From: Octopus vulgaris
Taxonomy: Eukaryota
Assembly: GCA_951406725.2 (NCBI GenBank)
Contig: OX597814.1
Location: forward strand, 168,826,001-168,890,000
Length of the DNA stretch: 64,000 bases
Reading direction: 5' to 3'
Position 1 is the stretch's first letter; every line of letters begins with the position of its first letter. A program made the translations under genes and the position numbers. This document shows, piece by piece, positions 1 to 11,724 of the stretch. A model generated the notes under the pieces. It did no database searches. It had not been told where the DNA came from and worked only from the letters and a program-made list of their open reading frames with translations.

Positions 1-162
1 TCATTGTTCTGATGAACCTTCATGTTTATGACATTCAGTCCTTTAAGAAATCAGTCAATTAACATCTTTTGAATTTGTAAGCACATTCTTTTTCTCCTTT
101 GTAGTCCCTTATGCTACAGTAGCCTCATGCCTTGTTTAGGACGGAATTATAAAACTTTATTG

Positions 163-560
163 CATCATCATCATCATTGTTTAACATCCACTTTCCATGC
201 TAGCACAGGTTGGATGATTTGACTGAGGTCTGGCGAACCAGATGGCTGCACCAGACTCCAATCTGATCTGGCAGAGTTTCTACGGCTGGATGCCATTCCT
301 AACGCCAACCACTCTGAGAATGTAGTGGGTGCTTTTATGTGCCACCGGCATGATTGCCAGTCAGACGGTACTGGCAGTGGCCATGCTCAAATGGTGCTTT
401 TTATGTGTCACCTGCACAGGAGCCAGTCCAGCAGCACTGGCAACGACCTCGTTCGAATGTTTTTTCGCGTGCCACCAGCACAAGTGCCAGTAAGGCGACG
501 TAGGTAACGATCACACTTGAATGGTGCTTTTTTACATGCCATCAGCACGGAGGCCAGCTT
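163..560 (-). mobile_element. 3' end of RTE-type LINE/SINE with (GAT)n tail
   Basis: (CAT)n is followed by the reverse complement of the tail seen at 44280-44462 and 49850-50140 (ggatgcc(c)ttcctaacgccaaccactc). Confidence 0.75.
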
Positions 561-762
561 ATTAGAACTAAAAGACTTTTTTTCAATAATTACATCAAAA
601 CTATGTTTAAATCAGTTTGGTTAATCTAATCATCAGCATATATATAGTACATATGCAGATATAAGATGCCTGTTGATTTTAGATCTATCAAATACCAGAC
701 TAGATTAGAACTAGGAACCATTATTTCTAAACTAAGTATAACAATGTTTTAATACACTAGGT

Positions 763-973
763 CACTGGTTCCCAAACTTCTTTTGTTGCAGAACACATAA
801 TTTTCTAAAAAGCCCAGAACTCCTACTTATAGACAATCCCTGCCATCCTAATATCAATAAAATATTAATTGGAGCAAAAATTATTTTAGAGAAAGTATTT
901 ATATAAAAAAATACATTAATAACTTCATGGAACCTGAAATTCTTTATTACAGACTCCATTTTTAGAAACACTG
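763..973. mobile_element. hAT (Charlie/MER5-like) MITE
   Basis: Imperfect TIRs cactggttcccaaa...tttagaaacactg. 8-bp TSD cactaggt (755-762) / tactaggt (974-981) with central CTAG. Confidence 0.7.
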
Positions 974-1261
974 TACTAGGTCACTGACACATGCATTATT
1001 ACCCATTGTCAAGAAATAAAGATTCTAAATTTGAATTTAGTCAAGAACTATACAACATATTCAAGAATAAAACACTTGATGACAATGGGTGATCAAATAT
1101 TTGAAACATGGTGGGTGTGTACATATTAGAAAGAAAAAAGAATTCCATTTCTTAAAAAGGAGTCAATTCTTAAAAATGATAGCCTTCCTTTATTTAGAAA
1201 TACTTATTAAAAAGAACTTGTCTCTAAATGCATGAAATACCCTATATATGTTTTTGTCTTT

Positions 1262-1409
1262 TTTTTTATTACCCACAAGGGGCTAAACATAGAGGGGACA
1301 AACAAGGACAGACAAACGGATTAAGTCGATTACATCGACCCCAGTGCGTAACTGGTACTTAATTTATCGACCACAAAAGGATGAAAGGTAAAGTCGACCT
1401 TGGCGGACT
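1262..1409 (-). mobile_element. SINE family A, 3' part
   Basis: Reverse complement of the 3' half of the copies at 23443 and 46005. Confidence 0.85.
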
Positions 1410-2251
1410 TAAAATTTGTCTGGAATTTTATGCGACAGGCACCACTTAGATGATTGTATTATATAAAAATTCCAATTTTCTGTGGCACTTAACGAAAACA
1501 TCAACCAAAACAGTGTCCCATTGATTGAGACCATCTTTAAGTGCATGGTAAACCTTCCAGGGTACTAGAGACACACAAGAACCTATATGTTGCTGCTTTA
1601 CATTCATTTTCATTGATAGCTATAGATAGGGAAGAGAATGCCTTGTTTTTTGTTAGTTTTTCTGTCACTAACTAAAATCACAGAGCTAGATAGGGTCTTG
1701 TTTTTGTGCCAGCAATGAGATATGATGGTGAAATCCCAGCACGGTTGTATATCCAGTAGCCGGAAGAAGTAAAAGAAGAAAAGAAAATGAAGTCAAAAAG
1801 ACAAATTCTCTATCCACTTGGCCACGTGCAACTCCACAAAAGATTTATATGTTGAACAGAAAATTAGGCAGTTTAAATATAGTAGTCAAAAGGTCCCCTT
1901 CCTCCCATAGATATTGAATGTTCTATTTTTTATCAGAGCAACTATTTTTACAGTTAGATGTCCTTGTTATTATTAAGCACTCAACTGTAAATTGGAAATG
2001 TAGTTACATTTCTAGTTCTATGTCCTGAATATTTGAATATAATACATGTCGTACTTGCAAACAGTTGTATGATCTGATATTGCTTGGATTTCTAATTTTA
2101 AAACAATCTTTTTTACACTATAATTCATAACAAATGTTATCTGTTTTCTAAATTACTTATCACAGTTTGAGTACATTATACTTATCTTTCTCTTTCACTT
2201 TTTTACTAATCCCTTTTATTTTCTAAAGTTAATCCTTGAAGACACCTTTCA

Positions 2252-2287
2252 GGAACAATAGTGGGAACAATAGTGGGAACAATAGTG
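2252..2287. repeat. 12-bp tandem repeat x3
   Basis: (ggaacaatagtg)3, perfect. Confidence 0.9.
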
Positions 2288-2637
2288 GTGTATTCACATA
2301 GAAATCTGTAAATTTTTCTCATACTGAAAAAAGTTGTTTTATAGTTCATAGTTAGCAGCATGGGTTGCTGTGTATGCAAATAAAAATCCAGATTTACGGA
2401 ATGGAGAAGATAAAACCCAGGTTACATATGTTTCATAGCTAGCAGAATCTTGGAAGTAGTAATTATCCAAATGCAGGATGATTAACTAGCTACTCATCAG
2501 GCCAAAAATACATTAGTCTACTCAATTCCCTAAGTTTGGATATATCTATGTGTGTATATATACACACACACACACACAACATACATACATACATCATCAC
2601 TTACTGTCCACCTTCCATGGATACATATATAGCTGTG

Positions 2638-2700
2638 TATATATATATATCATCATCATCATCATCATCGTCGTTTAGCGTCCGATGATGATGATGATGA

Positions 2701-2715
<15 letters not shown>
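2638..2715. repeat. Fold-back microsatellite (TA)n(CAT)n..(ATG)n(TA)n
   Basis: About 33-bp perfect inverted arms around the 12-nt loop tcgtttagcgtc. Confidence 0.85.
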
Positions 2716-2753
<38 letters not shown>

Positions 2754-2923
2754 ATGGTTTTTATGTTCAGTAACAATAAAAACAATTTTACGTTAATCTG
2801 AAAGCTTACTCCATACTTTTGTAGAGCATAAGCCATCATTGGACAATGGTTAAGCTGCTCAAAACTTCAAAGTCACAGTCAATAGAATTCTTGTTAAAGA
2901 ATATGTAATAATATGTAAAGGTG

Positions 2924-2964
<41 letters not shown>

Positions 2965-3779
2965 ATAGGATGGTAGAATTGATTGCATCAAACAAAAATT
3001 CTTTATGGGATTTGGTTCCATATGAGTAAAGTATCTTTATGCCTAGATCAATTTTGCATTTTGTTCTTTTCATAAGGAACTTATTTATTCACCTTATGGC
3101 GAATAAAATAAGAGTCACGGAAAGTATAAAACTAAAACCATTCAAAGACAGTGTCTCTGTACAGTCAAATTTCAAAAGAGTGAAACCAGTAATAAAAAGC
3201 ATCTATATATATATATATATAACTGTGGTATCTAAGCATCAGTAAAGAAGATGGAGGAATAGTGAATATGTATGTAGATATCTAGAGTAAAAGTGACGCT
3301 TACAATGAATTGCAATCACCTCACTGATTCATATAAACACAGAGACATAGTTTGTTTGCTAGATAACATTTAGCCATTAATCTATAAAGTTAAATTATAA
3401 CAAAAATAGGTGATTATATTGCTAATATACCTAATAATAAAAAGAAGTAATTAAAAACCAAAATGAAGCAGCTACTGATGATTTATATACATTTAGATAT
3501 TGATCTTGCAATTTTTCTACAGGCTGTTGCAAGATGGTGAATAATGATAGCGTATTGATTATTCAATCAAGAATGTATACAAATTACCGTTTTAAAAATA
3601 CTACAAATGGGATTTTTTTCTCCCCCTTTCTGAAAGGTAAAAAACAAGCAAAGTAAATATAGATGATAAAAAAAGATGGACTTTTAACCATCTAGTAGCA
3701 TGCTGTAGTTCCAGTCACCCAGATTGAGACAGATAGATAAATAGGGAGAAAGAAGAGAGAGAGAGAGAGAGAGAGAGGA

Positions 3780-3814
<35 letters not shown>

Positions 3815-3845
3815 CAAAATAGTTAGCAGAAAAGATATACTTTAC

Positions 3846-3896
3846 CTGCAGTTTGGAGGTGGGTCCACAGTGATTTCTGCTAACTCTCTCTGGAGT
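3846..3896 (-). CDS. UBE2E: Internal 51-nt coding exon of a ubiquitin-conjugating enzyme E2, class UBE2E (UbcH6/UbcD2-like)
   Basis: The minus strand reads polypyrimidine tract-ttacag|A CTC CAG AGA GAG TTA GCA GAA ATC ACT GTG GAC CCA CCT CCA AAC TGC AG|gtaaag, i.e. (R)LQRELAEITVDPPPNC(S). This closely matches the UBE2E motif RIQKELA[D/E]ITLDPPPNCS. Splice sites are canonical AG/GT, phase 2-2. I could not find the neighbouring exons in the window. Confidence 0.92.
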
Positions 3897-4389
3897 CTGT
3901 AACAGAAATAAAAAGAATAATTATTAAACAGATACACACACACACACACATATATATATATAAATATAGTTTAATGAGGAAAACAAAATGTTCACTTCTG
4001 GTGGTGGTGGGCAATTCTCACCATGGTCCAAAATCAAAACCCCCAAACCATATCAAATATTCATTGAAAAGTAAAAAGAAGGAAAAAAAATCCCATACAG
4101 CATCTGTGATACTCATCACATTAGTTTCCACTGGAATGTGTAAGGGTATGTTTGTACCCCTCCCTATACACATTTGGTTTTAAAAAACATGAGAAAGAGA
4201 AATAAAGCAAAATAATATAACCTTTTATTAACTGAAAATACTATACAAATTATTCAAGGGTCTTGAGTTTTGTGCCAAGGTATCTGACAAAGCTGGTTTT
4301 TAAATGTAGGAGTGTTGTAAATATAACGTATATATAGGAGGAAAGGAAAATGGAGACAAATGCACAAGATGTTATTTAAATCATTTGTA

Positions 4390-4474
4390 TTGCCGACATA
4401 TGTTTCGATTGATACATTAAAATTAATCTGGGAGGAAAAATAATGTGGAATAATGTATCAATCTCATCAGGGAA
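4390..4474 (-). ncRNA. Type-I hammerhead ribozyme motif (Penelope-like), intact core
   Basis: Minus strand: ttcc-CUGAUGA-gattgatacatta(loop)taatgtatcaatc-GAAA-catatg-UC-ggca. Stem II is a perfect 13 bp, stem III is palindromic, stem I is weak. Confidence 0.75.
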
Positions 4475-4539
4475 GAGATTATAAATAATGGTGTTCATTA
4501 ATAAGTCATTTTACAGATGTAAGAAAATATATAATATAA

Positions 4540-4583
<44 letters not shown>

Positions 4584-4859
4584 TATACATGATCAATTTG
4601 TATCTTATAGTTGAAAGAGTTTATCTGTAATTTTCTGAGGAACTGTAATTTCTTCTAAAAGGAAATAATTTGCTTCAAACAAATGATAGAGTCAAAATCT
4701 CTTTAGACTTTTGTTAGAATATTCTAAGATATATATATATATATATGGTTAAATACTGAAGAGGTGAATTTATAAGATTATAAAACTTTATAACAAGCAA
4801 TACTGTGATCCTGGAATTAATTTGCTGAAACATGTGTTTCATAAAGCATAAACTACAGA

Positions 4860-5170
4860 GGCATCAAATTAATAGACCAAGATATGAAAGTTATAGAAAG
4901 AGGTATAGCAGAGCTTATTTGGAATGAAATTAGTTTAATGCAGATGCAGGTTGAATTTAAGCCAGGAAGATTGGGGGCTGCTGATGTACTCTTTTGAGTA
5001 AGATAATTGCAGAAGTTCTTGGCTAAGAGCAAGATTAGGCATATATTGATTTGGAGAATCCCCTTGACAGGTACCACACACTAATCTTGTAATCGCTAAG
5101 AAAGCTAGGTGAATGGCTTATGAAGGCTGTGTAAACTTATGTGTTGAGGGGGATGTCAGCAAAGTGAGAG
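4860..5170 (+). pseudogene. Degenerate RTE-clade reverse transcriptase fragment
   Basis: Interrupted translation MQ.EFKPGR..ADVLF.VR.LQK..AK...IDLENPLDR resembles the RTE motif QFGF.PGR.T.DAIF..R.LQEK....F.DLEKAFDRV. Confidence 0.6.
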
Positions 5171-6018
5171 TTATATATAGATACATACACTCACACATAT
5201 TTACATATGCACGCAATGTGTATAATATATAAATATATATTGAAGATAGCTATGTTCAAATTTATTCTTTTTTATTAAACTACACACATATTACACAAAC
5301 CAAATAACTCTAGTTATGGAAAAAATAAATAAGCTCTTAAATAAAAAAAAATTCATCAAAACTGAATAGGTGTATAATATCTAACAACAAACATTGAGAA
5401 CATATTGCAAAAATAGCAGAATTTAAAAACTTTCTCATCAACATGAAACCAAAAATATGGAAGCCATAGAAGGCATGTATGAGACAACCAATGTAATATC
5501 AGAAATTTCAATGTAAACATGGTAAGTTATAGACTTCATGACACAAACTGTTATATCAAATACACAAGCTGACAATTTCTTGTTGACTAAGAATGCATTT
5601 TTACAAGGAGCTATTTGCAACACAGCATATTATAATACTGAACATCAGACACACACAAAAAAAGCATTAGTTGATAAGACAACCAGCTTCTACAGAATTA
5701 CACGCACATGCAGAAATATGAAGTGCAAAATATAAATCAAAAATCAATACAGATCCAGACAGTCAGCAGATTTGTTAGAGTGTTGGACAGAATGGCTGAC
5801 AATACTTGTTCTAGTGTGCTGTGACTCCAAGTTCAAAATATACTTGTCTAGATTCTTCTACAATCCCTCATATTCACTACAGCTTCTCTCATGCTATTTC
5901 TCACCTGCATTTTGCTTTCTTTGCTTTGTTTCTTCACAATTCAATAAGCCATCATTTGTCAACAGATTTGTCAGAGCACTGGATAAAATGCATGGCAATA
6001 TGTGTTCCAGTCTAGAGA

Positions 6019-6235
6019 GTGGTGAGCTGGCAGAATCGTTAGCAAGCCAGGCAAATTGCTTAGTGGCATTTTGTCCATCTGCATGTTTCTGAGTTCAAAT
6101 TCTACTGAGGTTGATTTTGCCTTTCATCCTTTTGGGGGTCAATAAAATAAGTACCAATTGAGTACTGGGGTTGATGTAATTGACTTAGCCACTTCTCCCA
6201 AATTTCTGACACTGTGCCAAACTTTGAAACCAATA
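6019..6235 (+). mobile_element. SINE family A (older copy)
   Basis: gagctggcagaatcgttagc...gagttcaaattc...gcctttcatcctttt...gtaccaa; tRNA-like A/B boxes. Confidence 0.8.
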
Positions 6236-6487
6236 TTTGTTCCAGTTTTCTGTGGTTCCGGGTTCAAAATCTTATCTAAATTCTATAACCCCTCATATAC
6301 AACTTCCCTCCTTGTGTTTTTTCTCCCACCTATATCTTATCTTTTCATTACTTTGTTTTTACCATCCAACAAGCCATTGTCTTTGAAATGCTGAAGTAAT
6401 TATAAACAATTTAACTATATAATTGGCAGTCTCCTTTATCATCACTACAGCCCACTTTATATGTCAAGTTCCCTTTGTCTAATAACG

Positions 6488-6917
6488 GTCTCAAATTTTT
6501 CCTCAAGGGCAGCAATTTTAGGGAAAGGGATGAGTTGATTACACTGAGCCCCAGTGTTCAACTGGTACTTATTTTATTGACTCTGAAAGAATGAAAGGCA
6601 AAGCTGACCTCAATGGAATTTGAATTCAGAACATAGCAATGGGAAAATTCCACTAAGCATTTCATCCAGCATGCTAACAATTCTTATTTCTTTACTGACC
6701 GCAAGGCGCTAAACACAGAGAGGACAAACAAGGACAGACAAACGGATTAAGTCGATTATATCAACCCCAGTGCATAAATGGTACTCATTTAATCGACCCT
6801 GAAAGAATGAAAAGCAAAGTCGACCTCGGTGGAATTTGAACTCAGAACGTAGCAGCAGGTGAAATACCGCTAAGCATTTTGCCGGGCGTGCTAACGTTTC
6901 TGCCAGCTTGCCACCTT
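6488..6917 (-). mobile_element. Two tandem SINE family A copies
   Basis: Two reverse-complement copies, about 6488-6682 and 6684-6917. Confidence 0.8.
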
Positions 6918-7004
6918 CCCTTTGTCTAACAATAATACTAAAACATATGATACCAAACATATGCCAAAGTCGACAAAAAGATTTAAAGTTTTGCATTTAA
7001 ACTA

Positions 7005-7208
7005 AATTTAAACTGGCCATATCTGGGCTGTTTTATATTTTATATTTAAAGAGGTCAAATCTGGTTTCTCACACTACCCTACAATGTCATTCTAAAAATA
7101 AAAATTACATCATTGAAATCTTCAAGCTACAAGATGATACATGATTAATTCAAAACAATATGAATAAATAAGCATTACATTTCACAGAGTAATCTGAATA
7201 CTAAAGGG
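7005..7208. mobile_element. TTAA MITE family 2 (one end degraded)
   Basis: Similar to 12094-12296 and ends ctaaaggg|ttaa. Confidence 0.65.
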
Positions 7209-7314
7209 TTAAACTACAACACACAAACCAACATATGTACTTGGAATCCCACACATCACACTATCTTCCATGTCTGATATATTTTTTTGTAAGAGTAGTG
7301 TGTATGCATATGCG

Positions 7315-7360
<46 letters not shown>

Positions 7361-7379
7361 AAGAGGAAAGCTATAATAT

Positions 7380-7678
7380 TGTTGCATTTAGGAATGGTCA
7401 TTTTGCCAGTTGAGCCAATAAAAACACACACACTATATATTTGGTGTTACTTTGCTTCAGCGTTATTTATTTTTTTTACATTAATCTTAATCTTATTTCG
7501 ACCAGAGTTCTTTCATCACACTCCTGTGACCGCATCAGTGGTCCTTTGCTTTCGTCTTTTTTATTTGTGTCTCTCTCCTTGGCTAAACTGGCAAAATGAC
7601 CATTCCTAAATACAACAATATCTGTTTCAACACACGATTTCACATCAAAAATCTTGCAAAACAAATATATAAACATAA
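7380..7678 (-). mobile_element. Short Penelope-like element with inverted repeat and hammerhead-like motif
   Basis: 13-bp direct repeat aaagctataatat (7367-7379, 7679-7691). 42-bp inverted repeat 7377-7418/7579-7620. Minus-strand gacca-CUGAUGC-g-gtcac..gtgat-GAAA-gaac-UC-tggtc at 7500-7543. Confidence 0.7.
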
Positions 7679-7899
7679 AAAGCTATAATATCCAGGCCGA
7701 TACTGAATTTCTCTATGTAAAATGCCAAGGCTGGTTCCATCAGATGGTACATTTCATGGTGAATTTCCTTTAACTCCCTCTAAAGTTACAGTTTATTTCT
7801 TGGCTACCACTTAGTGTAAAGTACAATGTTGATAATAAGGAGAATGAAGAATTTGAATAACAGCTCATTGATGAACATTATGGTCTTCTTCTTCTTCGT

Positions 7900-7936
<37 letters not shown>

Positions 7937-9079
7937 AACAACAACAACAAGAAGCAGCAGCCTAATTCAAACTAATAATGAAGGAAAATTCCTTTCCGAA
8001 CAATATCATATTTACACACCCTGAAGAGATTGAAATCACAGCATACAATAATATATGCATACAATAATATACAATTAATATGATTGAAACACATGTTGGA
8101 CAATTATGATGATTAAACCAACTGTAAATAAACAAAGTTTGAATGTTCAAATTCTTCATTTCCCTTATTTCATACACACACACACATATTTAGATATAAA
8201 GATGCAGACATGGCCGTATGGTTTCAGGTTTAGTGCCACTGCATGACACTTAGCCAATGTTTTCTACTATAGCCCTGGGCTGACCAAAATTTCATTCTAG
8301 TGGATTTGATACAGAGAAAATTGAAGGACACTGGTTAAAAATGTATGTGTATGCATATGTGTATGTGTGCTTGTGTGAGTCTGTTCATATCTCCTTTGCA
8401 TTCAGTCGTGACATCACAACCAGGTTGTTTGTTGTTCAAAGAGCTCGGAGATTATTACCTTGCTTGCAAATAAATAGGAGGTGGCAACAAGAGGTTAATC
8501 CAACTACAGAAAAACTCTGCCCCATGCAAGCATAGAATAGTAGATGTGAAAACAATGATGATGATCACACACACATACACAAAAGTATAAAATGCTACTG
8601 ATGAAGCAAGGCCACCTGGTTTCATTTATTACAGATTAGAATTTTTACACATAACTGCCATCTCTTACATTTGAGCGGCTCTACATGGTCATTCAATCTG
8701 CTAGAGGCAGTAGTCAAATCTTCCCCAAATGATACTCTCCTATTTTATTGTATAGTCACACTTGCTAGTGGCAGTCTTGGATGTACAAAAGGATGAGAAG
8801 TATCTTTGATCATAGCACTGCTTGATCACAGTTAATTCAAATAATAATTACAAACAAATGAATACTACTAATTATATGCAACAAAGCAAAAATTATAGAT
8901 GTTTGATGTTTGTTGACTTTACTTGAGTGTGAAATAAGATAAACAATTTATCATCCACCCCACCTTAATCCTCATCTATTTTTGGAGTATTTTAATTGAT
9001 CGACGAATACTTTTTTAGTTCATTATTGAATGTTGTAGTTGAACAATGTCTTAAAAGTAGAATTTGGTAACCAGCCCAC

Positions 9080-9127
<48 letters not shown>

Positions 9128-9442
9128 TCTCCATATGCCTTCACATTGACTATACCCATTCTCAAAATCTGTGGCTAAGATTTGTTAGATGCCATTATCT
9201 CTGGCTCGTTATGTTCTGAGTTCAAACTCTGCCAAGGCCAAATTTGTCTTTCATCCTTTTGGAGTTGGTAAAGTATCAGTAAGTACTGGGGTCGATGTAA
9301 TAAACTTTCCCTTCCCCTCAAGATTAATGGCCTTGTGTCAAAGTTAGAATTATTTCCACGAGTCTATACTTTAAGTGTGGTAGGTATTGAGTGCAACATC
9401 AGAATCACTTCAGATGATTATTCTATTTTCCTTTGTCATTAA

Positions 9443-9663
9443 CCCTTTCGTTAACAACCCGGCTGAAACTGCCTCTGGCTCTGAGTACAAATATCTTATT
9501 TTCAAAAAGTTTTGAATTAAAATCTTCCATCAAACTTTAGTCATAATTTATGTTCCTAATACTAGCTTAATGATAATCAAGTTATTTTACTAAATTCTTT
9601 GTTATATTTAAATTAATTGAAAGAAACACAGAGCATCTCAAAATAAATACAGTAACGAAAGGG
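9443..9663. mobile_element. piggyBac-type MITE family 1
   Basis: TTAA|CCCTTTCGTTA...TAACGAAAGGG|TTAA, 221 bp. Confidence 0.9.
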
Positions 9664-10420
9664 TTAAAATGTAATAATTCTGAGTGAGCATATCCCACTG
9701 ACTTCAATGTGTGATTGCAAAAATTGAAGAGAACTATTAGTCGGATATTCTCTAGGATAACATATAACTTTTAGCAAGGCACTCCAGTATCTTCAATTCA
9801 GTCATTTTTCAAAAGAATTGAATATAATAAATCAACTAACACATTCCAAGTATATGCAGGTGTTCATATTTGTAAACAGAAATAAATAAATAAATAATCT
9901 ATCCCTGTGGGCACAACCAAACACATAAAAAAATGCTGTTGTTTTTGTTTTTTTTTTTCATCTTTTCATGTGTCTGGAAAAAAAAAATTGTAGCTTTCAT
10001 TTTTAGAAGGAATCAAGCATATTAAATATAACAAACTTCACACCAACTAAAATAAAGTGAAGTCTGTTTCTGAAGGACACTTAGTTGTTTAACAGCAGGT
10101 TAGACCTGACTGAACAGACCTATGATTCAAGAAGCTTCAACTGTGACTATCATGTCATGTTTCAGTCATGGTGTATCTACGATTACATTATCCAATGTGT
10201 CCTTTCTTTGAAACAATATAGTAATTTGAGGTAAATTTGGCTACCATTTTTAGCATGTTGAGCAGTGCTTTTTGGCTTGAGGCATACTTAGTAACTTAAG
10301 TAGAACAATTGTCTAATATATTGACCTTATGTATATATATAAGTGTGTGTACCAGAGTAAGCACATAAATGTGAAACAAGGTGGAAAAAAAAGAGTACTC
10401 AAATACCAGAGGTAGAGTAA

Positions 10421-10584
10421 TATGCTTTATTTAAAAGCAGCAGAAATATAACAAAAGCTGTTGCTAAGAGTTTCACGTTCCCATTTGTCAGACAGTTTTG
10501 TTAACAAAACTGGCCGACGAACAGGAACGTGAAACTCTGAGTAACAGCTTTTGTTATATTTCTGCTGCTTTTAAATAAAGTATA
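10421..10584. repeat. 164-bp palindrome made of two inverted hammerhead-bearing units (Penelope-like inverted pLTR)
   Basis: 82-bp arms with 8 mismatches, centred on gtt|aac at 10502/10503. Confidence 0.9.
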
Positions 10585-10620
10585 TATATATATATATATA
10601 TACACACACATACATATCAA

Positions 10621-11724
10621 TGGGTAAATTGTCGCCATTTTGTATTTTTAATTTTGTGCATGTGCATTGTTTGCTTTTGATTTTGTCAACTACACAGTAT
10701 AGTAGGGTCACTTGGGCACCGTCTATGAGAAAAACAGCACCATAGCACAATTCACTCTGTCAGAAATTTGGAAACGACATGCTGTACTGCTTGGCATTTG
10801 TGCCAGAAGCTCCAATACATATATTTCAGAGTGTTTGAGTGTCAATCTAAGGACAGTGTCAATCTGAGGACATGTACCAAGTGTGATAAAAATCAAACAG
10901 CCAGTCAACATCATGGTGTTTGCAGTGATCAGTAGTGATGGCGACGTTATGCATCCATTCATCTTCCCACATAGCCCCAGATATAACATAGAAGCCTACA
11001 TCAAGTGCTTGGAGGAGGCAGTACTGCCCTAGGTCAAAAGGGTGGCTGCTGGAAGACCCTATGTCTGGCAACAGGACTCTGCACCATGCCACACAAGCAG
11101 GAGAACCCAGTTATGGCTGTCACACAATTTATAATACCACATCACCGCTAACATCTGGCATCTTAACTCCCCAGACTGCAACCATCTTGATTATTATATG
11201 TGGGGAACAGTTTAGAGAGAGTGACCAACAATATTCCTTGTAACACCAAAGATAAACTGAAGGCAAGGATTATGGCAGCATTCACCAACTTAACCCTTTC
11301 GTTACTGAATTTATTTTGAGATGCTCAGTGTTTCTTCCAATTATGTTAAATATAACAAAGAATTAAGTAAAATAACATCGTTATCATTAAGCTGGAGTTA
11401 GGGACATAAATTGTGACTAAGGTTTGGTGGAAGGTTTTAATTCAGAACTTTTGAAAACTAGACATTTGTACTAAAGAGCCAGAGCCGGTTTCAGCCGGGT
11501 TGGTAACGAAAGGGTTAAACAAGAAGACCATCCAGAAGAGTTGCAGGAGATTCTGAAGTCATCTGGAGGCTGTGGTTGAATCCAATGATGATTTTATTGA
11601 ATATATTTACCCTTTAGTATTTCAAGATATTTTTATGTAATTTTGGTAAAATCTGTTAAAATGAGATGTCAGTGTTATTTTCATGTTTGCGTAATTTAGA
11701 TGACAATTTATTCACCGCAACCTG
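10621..11724 (+). mobile_element. Internally deleted Tc1/mariner (DD37D, maT-like) transposon
   Basis: Remnant VWQQDSAPCHTSRRTQ.WLSHN.....IW..NSPDCNHLDYY.WG. Partial TIRs gggtaaattgtcg / tgacaatttattcaccgcaacctg|TA. Confidence 0.85.
11294..11514. mobile_element. piggyBac-type MITE family 1 nested in the mariner
   Basis: TTAA TSD and CCCTTTCGTTAC TIRs. The empty site aacttaaacaag is visible in the paralogous mariner at about 56915-56926. Confidence 0.92.

Noticed and set aside
6-60. CUGAUGA...GAAA..UC hammerhead-like string
   Set aside because: Stem II does not pair; likely chance.
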